DNA from: Vulcanimicrobiota bacterium
GTDB taxonomy: Bacteria > Vulcanimicrobiota > Vulcanimicrobiia > Eremiobacterales > Eremiobacteraceae
Direction: 5' to 3'
NCBI GenBank assembly: GCA_963812135.1
Contig: CAWETU010000001.1
Coordinates: 1,856,001-1,920,000 of the forward strand
DNA: 64,000 nucleotides
In this document: positions 8,962-18,163 of the stretch, piece by piece
Layout of the letters: each line of letters opens with the position of its first letter
Position numbering within the stretch: position 1 is the stretch's first letter
Translations under genes and position numbers: made by a program
Notes under the pieces: model-generated
Seen by the model: the letters and a program-made list of their open reading frames with translations, nothing else
Told to the model about the DNA's origin: nothing
Databases searched by the model: none

Positions 8962-10521
8962 ATGCACCGATTTTCGACTACCCTGCGTTTTTGGGTTGCG
9001 TTTGCCGTACTGCTCGCGTGCTTCGTTCCCGCGCTCCAGGCACGCGCGGTCGAGCCCGACCCCAGTCCGACACACGGCGCGACCGCCTCTCCGAAACCGG
9101 AATCGTCGGAATCATCGGAGATCACGACGCATCATAGCGCGCAGATCGGCGGCCGCTCCATCGCCTACACGGCCACGGCCGGGACCATCACGCTGCGCGA
9201 CAACGACGGCACGCCCACCGCCTCCATGTTCTACGTCGCCTACACGGAAGATGGCGCTGACCTGCATCGCCGGCCGGTGACCTTCTTCTATAATGGCGGA
9301 CCGGGTTCGTCGACCATCTGGCTGCACATGGGGTCGTTCGCTCCCAAACGCGTCGCCGTCGGCAATCCGGGGTCGATTCCCGGCGCGCCGTATAAGCTCG
9401 TCGACAACGAATACAGCTTGCTGGATAGGTCCGATCTCGTCTTCGTCGACGCGCCTGCGACCGGTTTCTCCAAGCTGCTCGGCAAGTCCAAAGGCAAGGA
9501 TTTTTTTGGCATCGATCAGGACGCGGCCGCGTTCGGACAGTTCATCGAGCGCTTCCTGACCAAACACAGCCGTTGGAATTCCCCGAAGTTCTTGTTCGGC
9601 GAGAGCTACGGCACGACGCGTTCGTGCGCGCTTGCGGCGTGGCTGGAGACCCACGACATCGACGTCAACGGCGTGGTGCTGCTCTCATCGGCGCTCCACT
9701 TCTTGCAGTTCGCGGGCGGCGACGGCAACGACATGCCGTACATCACATACGTGCCGACCGAGGCGGCGGTGGCGTGGTACCACCACAAACTCTCGAATGC
9801 TCCCCAGGACGTGGCGACGTTGGTGCGCTCGGCCGAAGCCTTCGCCACCGGCGAATACGCCACCGCGCTCGCGCAAGGCAGCTCCCTGAATCCGGCGACG
9901 CGCGACGAGATCGTCCGCAAGCTGCACAACTACATCGGGATCAGCGAGAACTATCTGCGCCGGGCGAACTTACGCATTGAGCCTGAGGAATTCGAGAAAC
10001 AGTTGCTCGGATCGAGCTATCGGATCGCAGGGCGCTACGACGCTCGGTTCGTCGGCGTCGACATCAGCCCGAACGCGCAAGTGCCGGACTACGATCCGTC
10101 ATACACGTACGTCGCGTCGGCATTCCTGTCGACGTTCAACGATTATGTCCGCACCGACCTCGGCTATCACACCGACGCGATCTACGAGCCGCTGCACGAC
10201 CTCGGCGATTGGGACCTCAAGCGCACCGGTCAAGCGGGCAACCTCGCGACCGGCGACGTGCTGCCGGACCTCAAGCTGGCGATGACCACCAACCCGCATC
10301 TACGGGTCTTCTCGGCGAACGGCTACTACGACATGGCGACGCCGTTTTTTGCGACGCAGTATCTGATCGACCATGCGGGTCTGGACCCGTCGCTGCTCGG
10401 CCACGTGCAGTACGGCTACTATTCCGCCGGCCATATGGTCTATACCAACCCGTCAGCGCTCGCCGCGTTCAAGGCGGATCTTGGACGTTGGTACGACGCC
10501 GTGCTTTCTGAAGGTGGTTGA
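8962..10521 (+). CDS. Secreted serine carboxypeptidase, S10 family
   Basis: ATG 8962 with GGAGGT RBS; signal peptide; NGGPGSS, GESYG (catalytic Ser), GYYDMATP, AGHMVY. Confidence 0.92.
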   Translation: MHRFSTTLRFWVAFAVLLACFVPALQARAVEPDPSPTHGATASPKPESSESSEITTHHSAQIGGRSIAYTATAGTITLRDNDGTPTASMFYVAYTEDGADLHRRPVTFFYNGGPGSSTIWLHMGSFAPKRVAVGNPGSIPGAPYKLVDNEYSLLDRSDLVFVDAPATGFSKLLGKSKGKDFFGIDQDAAAFGQFIERFLTKHSRWNSPKFLFGESYGTTRSCALAAWLETHDIDVNGVVLLSSALHFLQFAGGDGNDMPYITYVPTEAAVAWYHHKLSNAPQDVATLVRSAEAFATGEYATALAQGSSLNPATRDEIVRKLHNYIGISENYLRRANLRIEPEEFEKQLLGSSYRIAGRYDARFVGVDISPNAQVPDYDPSYTYVASAFLSTFNDYVRTDLGYHTDAIYEPLHDLGDWDLKRTGQAGNLATGDVLPDLKLAMTTNPHLRVFSANGYYDMATPFFATQYLIDHAGLDPSLLGHVQYGYYSAGHMVYTNPSALAAFKADLGRWYDAVLSEGG

Positions 10522-10522
10522 C

Positions 10523-12109
10523 ATGCGGCGCACACTGTTGCTGGTTCTCGTGCTTTGCGTGCCGTCGCTGGCGAGTGCCAGCAGTATGAGCATGAACTCG
10601 TCTGCACCGTATGCGCGCCAACATCACGCCGTTTCCACGTCGAGCGCGCAGGCGCAGTCGTATTTCGATCAGGGCCTGACGTTGCTGTACTCGTTCAACC
10701 GCGCGGCGGCGCGCCACGCCTTCGAGCAAGCCGCGCACGCCGACCCGCACCTGGCGATGGCGCAGTGGGGCGTCGCGATGACCTATGGCTCTAACATCAA
10801 CGTGTCGGTTGATGAAGCAGGCGAGCGGTCGGCGTATGTCGCGTTGCAGCGCGCGAAGGCACTTGAACCCAGCGCGAACGAGTTGGACCGGGCGTGGATC
10901 AGCGCGCTTGCCGCGCGTTACACGAACGCGCCAAAAGCAGATTTCGCGAAACTGGACGCCGCCTATGCGGCCGCGATGAAAGCGCTGGTCGCCAAGTACC
11001 CGGACGATCTTGACGCAGCCACGATGTACGCCGAAAGCCTGATGGATCTGAAGCCATGGGCGCTGTATACCCCGCAGGGAACGCCGGTTTCGGGGACCCA
11101 GACGATCGTCGCCGTGCTCGAGTCGGTCATGCGGCGCGACCCCAATCATATCGGCGCGAACCACTTCTACATCCATGCGACCGAGGCGTCGACCGCGCCG
11201 GAACGCGCGCTCATCGCCGCGTCGCGGTTGAGTTCGATGTCGTTCGAGCCTGCTGCGGCGCATCTCGTCCACATGCCAGCGCATACCTACATGCGGACGG
11301 GCGCATTTGAGTCTGCGGTGATGAGCAACGAGCACGCGACGCAACACGACCGCGCATATCTGGCCGCGAACGAGGATCGTGAAGCGTCGGGCTATTACGC
11401 GCACAACCTAACGATGCTCGCGTACGGCTACGGCATGCAGGGCGTCAGCGCGGGCGCTGCTGCGACGCAAAAGCGTCTCGCGGATTCAGGCGCGATGGTG
11501 CCCGCCATGTACGTGCCGCTGCGCTTTGGAAACTGGAGCGAGATCCTCGCATCCTCGCAACCGGCCGAATCGCCGGACGAGCCCATGCGCGTCGCCTTTT
11601 GGCATTTCAGCCGCGGTATGGCGTATGTAGCGACCGGGGATCGCGCGCACGCGCGGATCGAGCTCGATGAGGTCAAGTCGGCGAGCGCCACCATCAAGAT
11701 GCCGCAGATCTCGGGCTATACCAACAGCTCGGCAAATCTGCTCGAGATCGCCCAAGACGAGCTCGGCGCGAAGATCGCGCAGGCAGGCGGGGATTCTGCC
11801 GCAGCGGTGGCGCTGCTCGAGGATGGCGTCAAGACGCAGGATGGGTTGATCTACATCGAGCCACCCGATTGGTACCACCCAGTACGCGAGTCGCTCGGCG
11901 GTTTGCTCGTGCAGTTACATCGCTATAGCGAGGCCGAAGCTGTCTTCCGCGCCGATCTACAGCACAACCCTCGCAATCCACGTTCGTTGTTCGGACTCGC
12001 CGCGGCGCTTGACGGCCTCGGCCGCACGAGCGATGCGCAGCTCGTACGCCAGCAATTCACCTCGGCGTGGCAATACGCCGACACGAAGCTGACGGTCGAC
12101 GCCCTCTAG
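10523..12109 (+). CDS. Secreted TPR-repeat protein
   Basis: Signal peptide from ATG 10523; AQSYFDQGL, HIGANHFYIHATE, HLVHMPAHTY, EPPDWYHPVRESLG. Confidence 0.85.
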   Translation: MRRTLLLVLVLCVPSLASASSMSMNSSAPYARQHHAVSTSSAQAQSYFDQGLTLLYSFNRAAARHAFEQAAHADPHLAMAQWGVAMTYGSNINVSVDEAGERSAYVALQRAKALEPSANELDRAWISALAARYTNAPKADFAKLDAAYAAAMKALVAKYPDDLDAATMYAESLMDLKPWALYTPQGTPVSGTQTIVAVLESVMRRDPNHIGANHFYIHATEASTAPERALIAASRLSSMSFEPAAAHLVHMPAHTYMRTGAFESAVMSNEHATQHDRAYLAANEDREASGYYAHNLTMLAYGYGMQGVSAGAAATQKRLADSGAMVPAMYVPLRFGNWSEILASSQPAESPDEPMRVAFWHFSRGMAYVATGDRAHARIELDEVKSASATIKMPQISGYTNSSANLLEIAQDELGAKIAQAGGDSAAAVALLEDGVKTQDGLIYIEPPDWYHPVRESLGGLLVQLHRYSEAEAVFRADLQHNPRNPRSLFGLAAALDGLGRTSDAQLVRQQFTSAWQYADTKLTVDAL

Positions 12110-12112
12110 GCG

Positions 12113-14125
12113 CTAATCGTTGTCGGGTTTTGCGCGCGGAGGTGGGCTCGGTTTATCTCCCTCGACCTTCTTCGCCGCTCCGCCGTCGCCAAGATAACGC
12201 ATCGCGCTGGCTGCCAGTCCCTCGAGCGCTCCGTTACCGCCTCCTGTGACGAGGATGTCGGGCACGAAGCGCGCGTTGCCCTCGGAGAGCGATGCGACGA
12301 CATTCACCAACGCCGTGGCGTTCGAGCCGAGCGCCTTCACCTGCGCCTCATAGCCGAGCGCGCGCGCGAGCCCGACGGCTTGCACCTCCGCGCCACGCGC
12401 GGTGCCGGTCTGGCGGATGTATTCGGCGTCGCCGCGACCTTCTTCGACGCGGCCGTTCGCATTGTTCGTCTTGATGTCGACGCCGACTTTTGATTTCGCA
12501 AGCTCGGCTTGCATCTCCGCAGTGCCTTTCGCGTTTTCCATAGAGATGCGCTCGTCTTGCGCCGCGCGCTGCTTCTGGAACGTCGCGATCTCTTGATTCG
12601 CGATCTCGCGCTGCGTGAGCACGCGGACGAGCTCTTCGGGCAAGATGACGTCCTGGATGTAGACGCCGCGCGTCTCGACCCGATATTGCTCGAGCTGTTC
12701 CCGGATATGGCGAAACGCTTCTTCTTGCACCATTTGGCGGGTCTCTATGAACTTGACCGCGGGCATGCTCTGTAGTTTGTCGCGGAAATGGTTGCCGACC
12801 GCCGCTTGCAGCACTTCGTTGACCAAGTTCATCATCGTGCCGACCATCGAGATCACGCGCGGCGCGTTCGTGTCCGGTACGTGGATCTGCACTTGCAGGT
12901 CGATATGGAACACGAAGCCTTCGCTGCTCTTGGCGACGATCTGCTGCAGCTGGGCGTCGAGGTTGTGCGCGGCCGACACCGCGTCTGCCCAGTTGAGCGT
13001 GAGGATCGACGTCGGTACGATCTCCGCTTGGTAGCAGCGCGGGTTGAGCGGATATTTTCCGGTGCGCAGCGGTTCTTGCCAGATGCCGCGATGGCCGGCG
13101 CGGACGAGCGAGCCGAACTTGAATTCGGCGCCGGATGTGTCTTGGGTGGGCAGTCCGACGTAGGCTTTGATCACGGCGACCTGTCCCTGTTGCACGACCA
13201 GCATCGGCACGATCTCCACGCCGACCAGGAACGGGTTCAGGGCGTATGCGCCGTAGAGCAGCGGATCGTGCTGCAACCCGATGCGGCCGCCGTTGTCGAG
13301 AAACGCTTGGAAGTCCTGATAGTTGTTATGCAGTTTGTTCTTGCTGCCGAGAAGGATTTCGATGATCTCGACATCCGAGGCCGACGCCTTCTCCATTTCT
13401 TGGACGTCGTTGAAACCGCCGAGCCTGCTTGCGATGTCGCCTGAGGGCAGCGGATCGCCTTCGTAGGTCGTGATGATGCCGACGCTGTCTTGCGTCGCGC
13501 CGTCCCTGTCCGTCGCCTTTGGGACGATGCGAACCAAACTGAGCTGTTCAGGCCGCAGTCCATAGTCTTCCGGCGCGAGATCCTCGCGGCGGTTGCGTTT
13601 GCCGCGCAGCTCCGGTGACATCGGCAGGCCGTATATCTGCCGCTTCGTCAAGACGATGAAACCCACCGGATGGATCGGCACAAGCGAGCCTGGCGGGAGC
13701 ACCGGGCGCTGGACGCCTTTTTGTCCGCCGCGCGTGATGAATGTTCTCAGATCGCCGAAGTTGTCGAATTCTTTCTTATAGACGGCTGACTTCGCGCCGA
13801 TCGGCAGCGGCCCGCCTGCTTGCGCGATGACGACGCCGATCTCTCCGGCGGGCACCTGCACCCACGGAAACTTTTCGACCTGATAAAGAATCCATGGCTT
13901 CCAGCGCAAGCCCGGCATCAACAGATCGGCTTGATATCCCGCTTCGCCGTGAAAGGCGATCGGATTGTCGTCTTTGAGCTTGCTCAGCGAAAAGCGCTTG
14001 AGGACAAGACCGACTTCGCTCGGCCCGATGCGCCGAATCGATAGGAAGAAGTGCAAAACGAAAAGACCGACCGCTAGCCATATGAAGAACCATAGCCAGT
14101 CGGCCGGCGCAAACCCGGAAACCAT
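12113..14125 (-). CDS. SPFH/band-7 (flotillin-like) membrane protein
   Basis: N-terminal TM, QKGVQRPVLPPG, SPFH core (FHIDLQVQIHVP...VYIQDV), C-terminal coiled coil; AAGGAG RBS. Confidence 0.85.
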   Translation of the reverse strand: MVSGFAPADWLWFFIWLAVGLFVLHFFLSIRRIGPSEVGLVLKRFSLSKLKDDNPIAFHGEAGYQADLLMPGLRWKPWILYQVEKFPWVQVPAGEIGVVIAQAGGPLPIGAKSAVYKKEFDNFGDLRTFITRGGQKGVQRPVLPPGSLVPIHPVGFIVLTKRQIYGLPMSPELRGKRNRREDLAPEDYGLRPEQLSLVRIVPKATDRDGATQDSVGIITTYEGDPLPSGDIASRLGGFNDVQEMEKASASDVEIIEILLGSKNKLHNNYQDFQAFLDNGGRIGLQHDPLLYGAYALNPFLVGVEIVPMLVVQQGQVAVIKAYVGLPTQDTSGAEFKFGSLVRAGHRGIWQEPLRTGKYPLNPRCYQAEIVPTSILTLNWADAVSAAHNLDAQLQQIVAKSSEGFVFHIDLQVQIHVPDTNAPRVISMVGTMMNLVNEVLQAAVGNHFRDKLQSMPAVKFIETRQMVQEEAFRHIREQLEQYRVETRGVYIQDVILPEELVRVLTQREIANQEIATFQKQRAAQDERISMENAKGTAEMQAELAKSKVGVDIKTNNANGRVEEGRGDAEYIRQTGTARGAEVQAVGLARALGYEAQVKALGSNATALVNVVASLSEGNARFVPDILVTGGGNGALEGLAASAMRYLGDGGAAKKVEGDKPSPPPRAKPDND

Positions 14126-14209
14126 TGTAAGTCCACTCCTTGCAGAAGCGGCAGCGTCCTTTTGTGGGGACTTTGGCTGGTCCTCTACCGCGCGGTGCGA
14201 CGCGTCGGG

Positions 14210-14279
14210 AAAGAAAAAGTCCTCGAGCTTCGCTCGAGGACCACACCCAGATGTTCGGTCGAGCGAGCTCGGCCTCTAC
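14210..14279 (-). repeat. REP-like hairpin doublet; the distal hairpin doubles as the sigH terminator
   Basis: GTAG-AGGCCGAGC-TC-GCTCGACC then GTCCTCGAGC-GAA-GCTCGAGGAC followed by TTTTTCTTT. Confidence 0.75.
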
Positions 14280-14285
14280 ATCATC

Positions 14286-14933
14286 CTAATAGAGCTCGAC
14301 TTCGCTGAGATTCTTTTCGATCTTGCGCTTGACGCGCTGTAGTGCGTTGTCGATCGACTTGACGTGGCGGTTGAGATCGCGCGCCATCTCTTGGTACGAC
14401 TTGCCCTCGAGATAGCTCAGCAGCACCTGCGACTCGAGGTCGCTCAGGTTCTCCTGGATCCGCTCCTTGATGTCTTCCGAAACCTCTTGGTTGATGACCA
14501 GTTCTTCCGGATCCGACATCTTGGCGCTCGCCATGACGTCAAGCAGCGTCCGCTCGCTGTCCTCGTCGTAGATCGGCTTGTTCAGCGAGATGTATTGGTT
14601 GAGCGGGATGTGCTTCTGCCGCGTGGCCGTCTTGATGGCCGTGATGATCTGACGCGTGATGCACAGCTCCGCGAATGCCCGAAAAGACGACAGTTTGTCG
14701 GCCCGGAAGTCACGGACGGCCTTGTACAGGCCGATCATGCCTTCTTGGATGATATCTTCGCGATCCGCACCGATCAGGAAGTAGCTCTTGGCCTTGATCC
14801 GGACGAAGTTCTTGTACTTGTTGAGCAGAAACTCCATGGCCAGATTGTCGCCGCACTTGGCCGCATTGACGAGTTCTTCGTCCGCTCGCTCGCTGTAGTC
14901 CAGGGTGTCTTCCGTTTGATGAAGAGCTCCCAA
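14286..14933 (-). CDS. sigH: RNA polymerase sigma factor SigH (Spo0H family)
   Basis: KAKSYFLIGADREDIIQEGMIGLYKA, TATRQKHIPLN, HVKSIDNALQRVKRK; follows rlmB as in Bacillota. Confidence 0.95.
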   Translation of the reverse strand: MGALHQTEDTLDYSERADEELVNAAKCGDNLAMEFLLNKYKNFVRIKAKSYFLIGADREDIIQEGMIGLYKAVRDFRADKLSSFRAFAELCITRQIITAIKTATRQKHIPLNQYISLNKPIYDEDSERTLLDVMASAKMSDPEELVINQEVSEDIKERIQENLSDLESQVLLSYLEGKSYQEMARDLNRHVKSIDNALQRVKRKIEKNLSEVELY

Positions 14934-15057
14934 AGTGTTGATGAACCTCCCAGCCCATGTCTGGCATTCTTATGCCTGCATTATGTCCCTACCGATTATA
15001 GGGGGAGGCTCCTCTTTCGTCAAGGATTGACGGGACTTTGCGCATTTGTGCCGATTT

Positions 15058-15810
15058 TCACAAGCCGGCCGCGCTACGCTGACGTAATACCTCATACAAC
15101 ACGACCGCAGTCGCCGCTGCCGCGTTGAGCGATGCGACCTTGCCGAGCATCGGGATCGAGACCAAAAAGTCGCAACGCTCAGACACCAGGCGCGATAAGC
15201 CTTTGCCCTCGCTGCCGACCACCAGGGTGCACTTCCCCTTGAAGTCCGCCTGCGTGTACGGGCGCGCCTCGGGGCGGTTGGAGAGCCCGCTTACCCAATG
15301 GCCGTCGGCCTTGAGGTCTTCCAGCACCCGCACCAAATTCGGGACAACAGCCACTGGCAGGTGGGACGCAGCCCCGGCAGCCGCCCGCCTGGTCGCTGCC
15401 GTCACCCCCGCCGCGCGGCGATCGGGAATCACGAGGCCATGGGCCCCCGCGCTTTCGGCGGCGCGCATGATCGCCCCCAAGTTCTGCGGGTCTTCGATAT
15501 GATCGGCTACCACGATCAGCGCGTCGTTCTTGCCGGCGATGCGCCGGCGCAGCTGCGCCCACTCTGCCGGCTCGAACGCGGCGACCGTCGCCGCGACGTG
15601 CTGATGGCGGACGTTTCCAAAACGCCTGAAAAAGCTCTCCGGTTCGATCTTGATGGCGATACCGCGGTGCTTGGCCTCGTTCACGATCTCTTTGAGCGCC
15701 GGGTCATTTTGACGGTGCTGCGCGATCGCGATCCGTTTCACCGACTCGCCGCCGGCAAGCGCTTCCGACACGGAGTGGATGCCGACGATCGTCTCGTCAG
15801 CTTCCGCCAT
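15058..15810 (-). CDS. rlmB: 23S rRNA G2251 2'-O-methyltransferase
   Basis: SPOUT motifs IEDPQNLGAIMR, GSEGKGLS, IPMLGKVASLN. Confidence 0.92.
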   Translation of the reverse strand: MAEADETIVGIHSVSEALAGGESVKRIAIAQHRQNDPALKEIVNEAKHRGIAIKIEPESFFRRFGNVRHQHVAATVAAFEPAEWAQLRRRIAGKNDALIVVADHIEDPQNLGAIMRAAESAGAHGLVIPDRRAAGVTAATRRAAAGAASHLPVAVVPNLVRVLEDLKADGHWVSGLSNRPEARPYTQADFKGKCTLVVGSEGKGLSRLVSERCDFLVSIPMLGKVASLNAAAATAVVLYEVLRQRSAAGL

Positions 15811-17272
15811 CGACGCTCCACTGCGAGCCTTGCGCGGTGTCTTTCACCGCGATGCCCGCGCGCGCGAGCGCATCGCGCAGCGTATCGGATTTCTTCCAAT
15901 CCTTGGCGAGGCGCGCTTTGTCGCGCAGCGCGACGACTTTCTCCACAAGCTCGATGTCCGGAGCGTCTCGCTCGCCCGCGATGATCGAGAGCGCGATGCG
16001 CGCGGCGTGATTCAACTTGACCTGTGAGGATTGCGGTGCGACCCCGGCGCGCTCGGCGTCCGGCGGCAAGCCCAGCCGCTCTAAAGACTGTTCGGCCGTC
16101 GCGACGACGTGCGCCGCGCGCGCCGCGTCCGCACCCGCTTTAAGCGCGCCTTTGATGTATGTCTGCAGCCATCCGACGGCGCCCGCGGTGTTGAGGTCGT
16201 CGTCCAAGAACGCGTTGAACTCCTCAATATCTGTAGCGGTCGAATTTATTCCGGCGGCCGACGACGCCGGTTTTGCATTCTCGCGCAGCTTTTCGAGATC
16301 CACGTACAATCCGCGCAGACCCTTGCCCGCGGCTTCGATCGATTCGGTCGTGAAGTTGGACGGCTTGCGATAACCGGTCTGCAAGAAGAGGTAGCGGATC
16401 ACCGCGGCGGGATAGCGGTCGAGCATCTGCGCGAGCGGGATGAAGTTGCCGAGCGATTTGCTCATCTTCTGCCCGTCGACGTTGAGCAAACCGGCGTGCA
16501 CCCAGAAATTGGCCATCGGGTGTTTACCGGTGAACGTTTCGGTCTGCGCGACTTCGTTCTCGTGATGCGGGAAGATCAGGTCAGCGGCACCGCCATGGAT
16601 GTCGATCTGATCGCCGAGATAATCGCGAACCATCGCCGAGCACTCGACATGCCACCCCGGACGGCCCGGACCCCAGGGGCTCGGCCAACTCGGCTCGCCG
16701 GGTTTGGCTTTTTTCCACAGCGCGAAGTCGAGCCGGCCGCGTTTGTCCTCGCGCACGGCCATGCGCACGCCCGCGCGCAGCTCTTCGATGCTCTGATTGC
16801 TGAGCTCGCCGTAACGCGGAAACACGCCCTCGTCGACCGCGAAGTAGACGCCATCGCCCGATTCGTACGCCGCGCCCTTGGCGACCAGCCCAGCGATCAG
16901 TTCTATAATGGAAGCGATTTCTTGCGTCGCGCGCGGTTCTCGGTCAGGCGGCGTCAGTCCAAGACGCTTGGCGCTCGCCTCATATTCGGCGAGATAACGC
17001 GTGGCGACGTCGTCCCATGGCACGCCTTCGGTCTTCGCGCGATCGATGATGCGATCGTCGATGTCGGTGACGTTCTGCACGTACTCGACGTTGTAACCCC
17101 GCGCTTTGAGGTGGCGGCGCAGGACGTCGAACGTCAAGAACGTGCGTGCGTGACCGAGATGCGGATGAAAGCTCGGCGTCATGCCGCAGACATAGACCGT
17201 CACCCGCTTCGGATCGAGCGGCTGGAACTCATCGAGAGAACGGGTCCGGCTATTGTAGAGTCGGACTGCCAT
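15797..17272 (-). CDS. cysS: Cysteine--tRNA ligase
   Basis: HLGH, GRPGWHVECS, DIHGGAADLIFPHHENE, KMSKS. Confidence 0.97.
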   Translation of the reverse strand: MAVRLYNSRTRSLDEFQPLDPKRVTVYVCGMTPSFHPHLGHARTFLTFDVLRRHLKARGYNVEYVQNVTDIDDRIIDRAKTEGVPWDDVATRYLAEYEASAKRLGLTPPDREPRATQEIASIIELIAGLVAKGAAYESGDGVYFAVDEGVFPRYGELSNQSIEELRAGVRMAVREDKRGRLDFALWKKAKPGEPSWPSPWGPGRPGWHVECSAMVRDYLGDQIDIHGGAADLIFPHHENEVAQTETFTGKHPMANFWVHAGLLNVDGQKMSKSLGNFIPLAQMLDRYPAAVIRYLFLQTGYRKPSNFTTESIEAAGKGLRGLYVDLEKLRENAKPASSAAGINSTATDIEEFNAFLDDDLNTAGAVGWLQTYIKGALKAGADAARAAHVVATAEQSLERLGLPPDAERAGVAPQSSQVKLNHAARIALSIIAGERDAPDIELVEKVVALRDKARLAKDWKKSDTLRDALARAGIAVKDTAQGSQWSVDGGS

Positions 17273-17927
17273 CCGGCTCTTCGAGTTTCCGTATCTGTGC
17301 TTCGAGCGCTTCGACGCGTTGCTGGAGCGCCGCGATCGCGTCCGCTTGCGGGTCCGGCATGTCGACCCGCGGGATCACCGACTCGACTTGCTTGCCATCC
17401 CGATAGATCACGCGTCCGGGCACGCCGACGACGGTGGAATTCGGCGGCACCGACTTGACGACGACTGCGCCCGCGGCGATCTTTGATCCGGCGCCGACGG
17501 TGATCGCTCCGAGCACTGCTGCGCCGGCGCCGACGACGACGTTGTCTTCGAGCGTCGGGTGGCGCTTGCCGCGTTGCAGCGTTGTGCCGCCGAGCGTGAC
17601 GCCTTGGTACAGCGTGCAGTTCCTACCGATCTCCGACGTCTCTCCCAAGACGACGCCCATGCCGTGATCGATGAACAGGCCCGAGCCGATCTCAGCACCA
17701 GGGTGGATCTCGATGCCGGTGAGGAAGCGCGACCAGTTCGACAAGACCCGAGGGATCACGGGTAGTCCAAGCCGATGCAGCGGATGGACGATCACCCGAT
17801 GCCACACGATCGCGTGGAAGCCGGGATACGCGAGCAGCACTTCGAGCCCATTGCGCGCCGCCGGGTCGCGTTCGAAGCACGCCCGCCAGTCGAGGCGGAT
17901 TTGCCGGAATATCGAGTCTCGTTGCAT
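17250..17927 (-). CDS. cysE: Serine O-acetyltransferase
   Basis: RDPAAR, TGIEIHPGA, FIDHGMGVV, GKRHPTL hexapeptide repeats. Confidence 0.96.
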   Translation of the reverse strand: MQRDSIFRQIRLDWRACFERDPAARNGLEVLLAYPGFHAIVWHRVIVHPLHRLGLPVIPRVLSNWSRFLTGIEIHPGAEIGSGLFIDHGMGVVLGETSEIGRNCTLYQGVTLGGTTLQRGKRHPTLEDNVVVGAGAAVLGAITVGAGSKIAAGAVVVKSVPPNSTVVGVPGRVIYRDGKQVESVIPRVDMPDPQADAIAALQQRVEALEAQIRKLEEPDGSPTLQ

Positions 17928-17931
17928 GGTG

Positions 17932-18040
17932 TCGTCCTGCTTGTGGCTCGGCCCGTTACGGCCGGCTATTTCTCACGTGCGCGCAGCGGGCGCGCGACCG
18001 GGCTTGTGGCGCGAAGCGCCGGTCAACAACAGCAGGACAA
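17932..18040 (-). promoter_or_regulatory. Anti-Shine-Dalgarno pairing between the leader Leu-Ser-Cys codons and the cysE RBS
   Basis: mRNA UUGUCCUGCU (18040-18031) pairs with AGCAGGACGA (17941-17932): 10 bp with one G-U. Confidence 0.7.
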
Positions 18041-18112
18041 GGCGATGGCCGGGCGGGTGCAGGCGGTGCGAACGTCGGCGGTGGCCATGATGCCCGTGAG
18101 TTCGCTCGCCAT
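18023..18112 (-). CDS. Putative cysteine attenuator leader peptide, 29 aa (MASELTGIMATADVRTACTRPAIALSCCC)
   Basis: GGAGGG RBS before ATG 18112; ends TGC TGT TGT TGA; 95 nt upstream of cysE. Confidence 0.8.
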   Translation of the reverse strand: MASELTGIMATADVRTACTRPAIALSCCC

Positions 18113-18163
18113 GCTTGGCCGCCCTCCGGCTTCACCGACCGGTGCAGGGCCGAACCGCTTCTT

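Noticed and set aside
17928..18163. Cys T-box riboswitch expected between gltX and cysE
   Set aside because: No GGTGGnACC T-box motif or U-tract terminator seen; the leader ORF with anti-SD pairing explains the region better.
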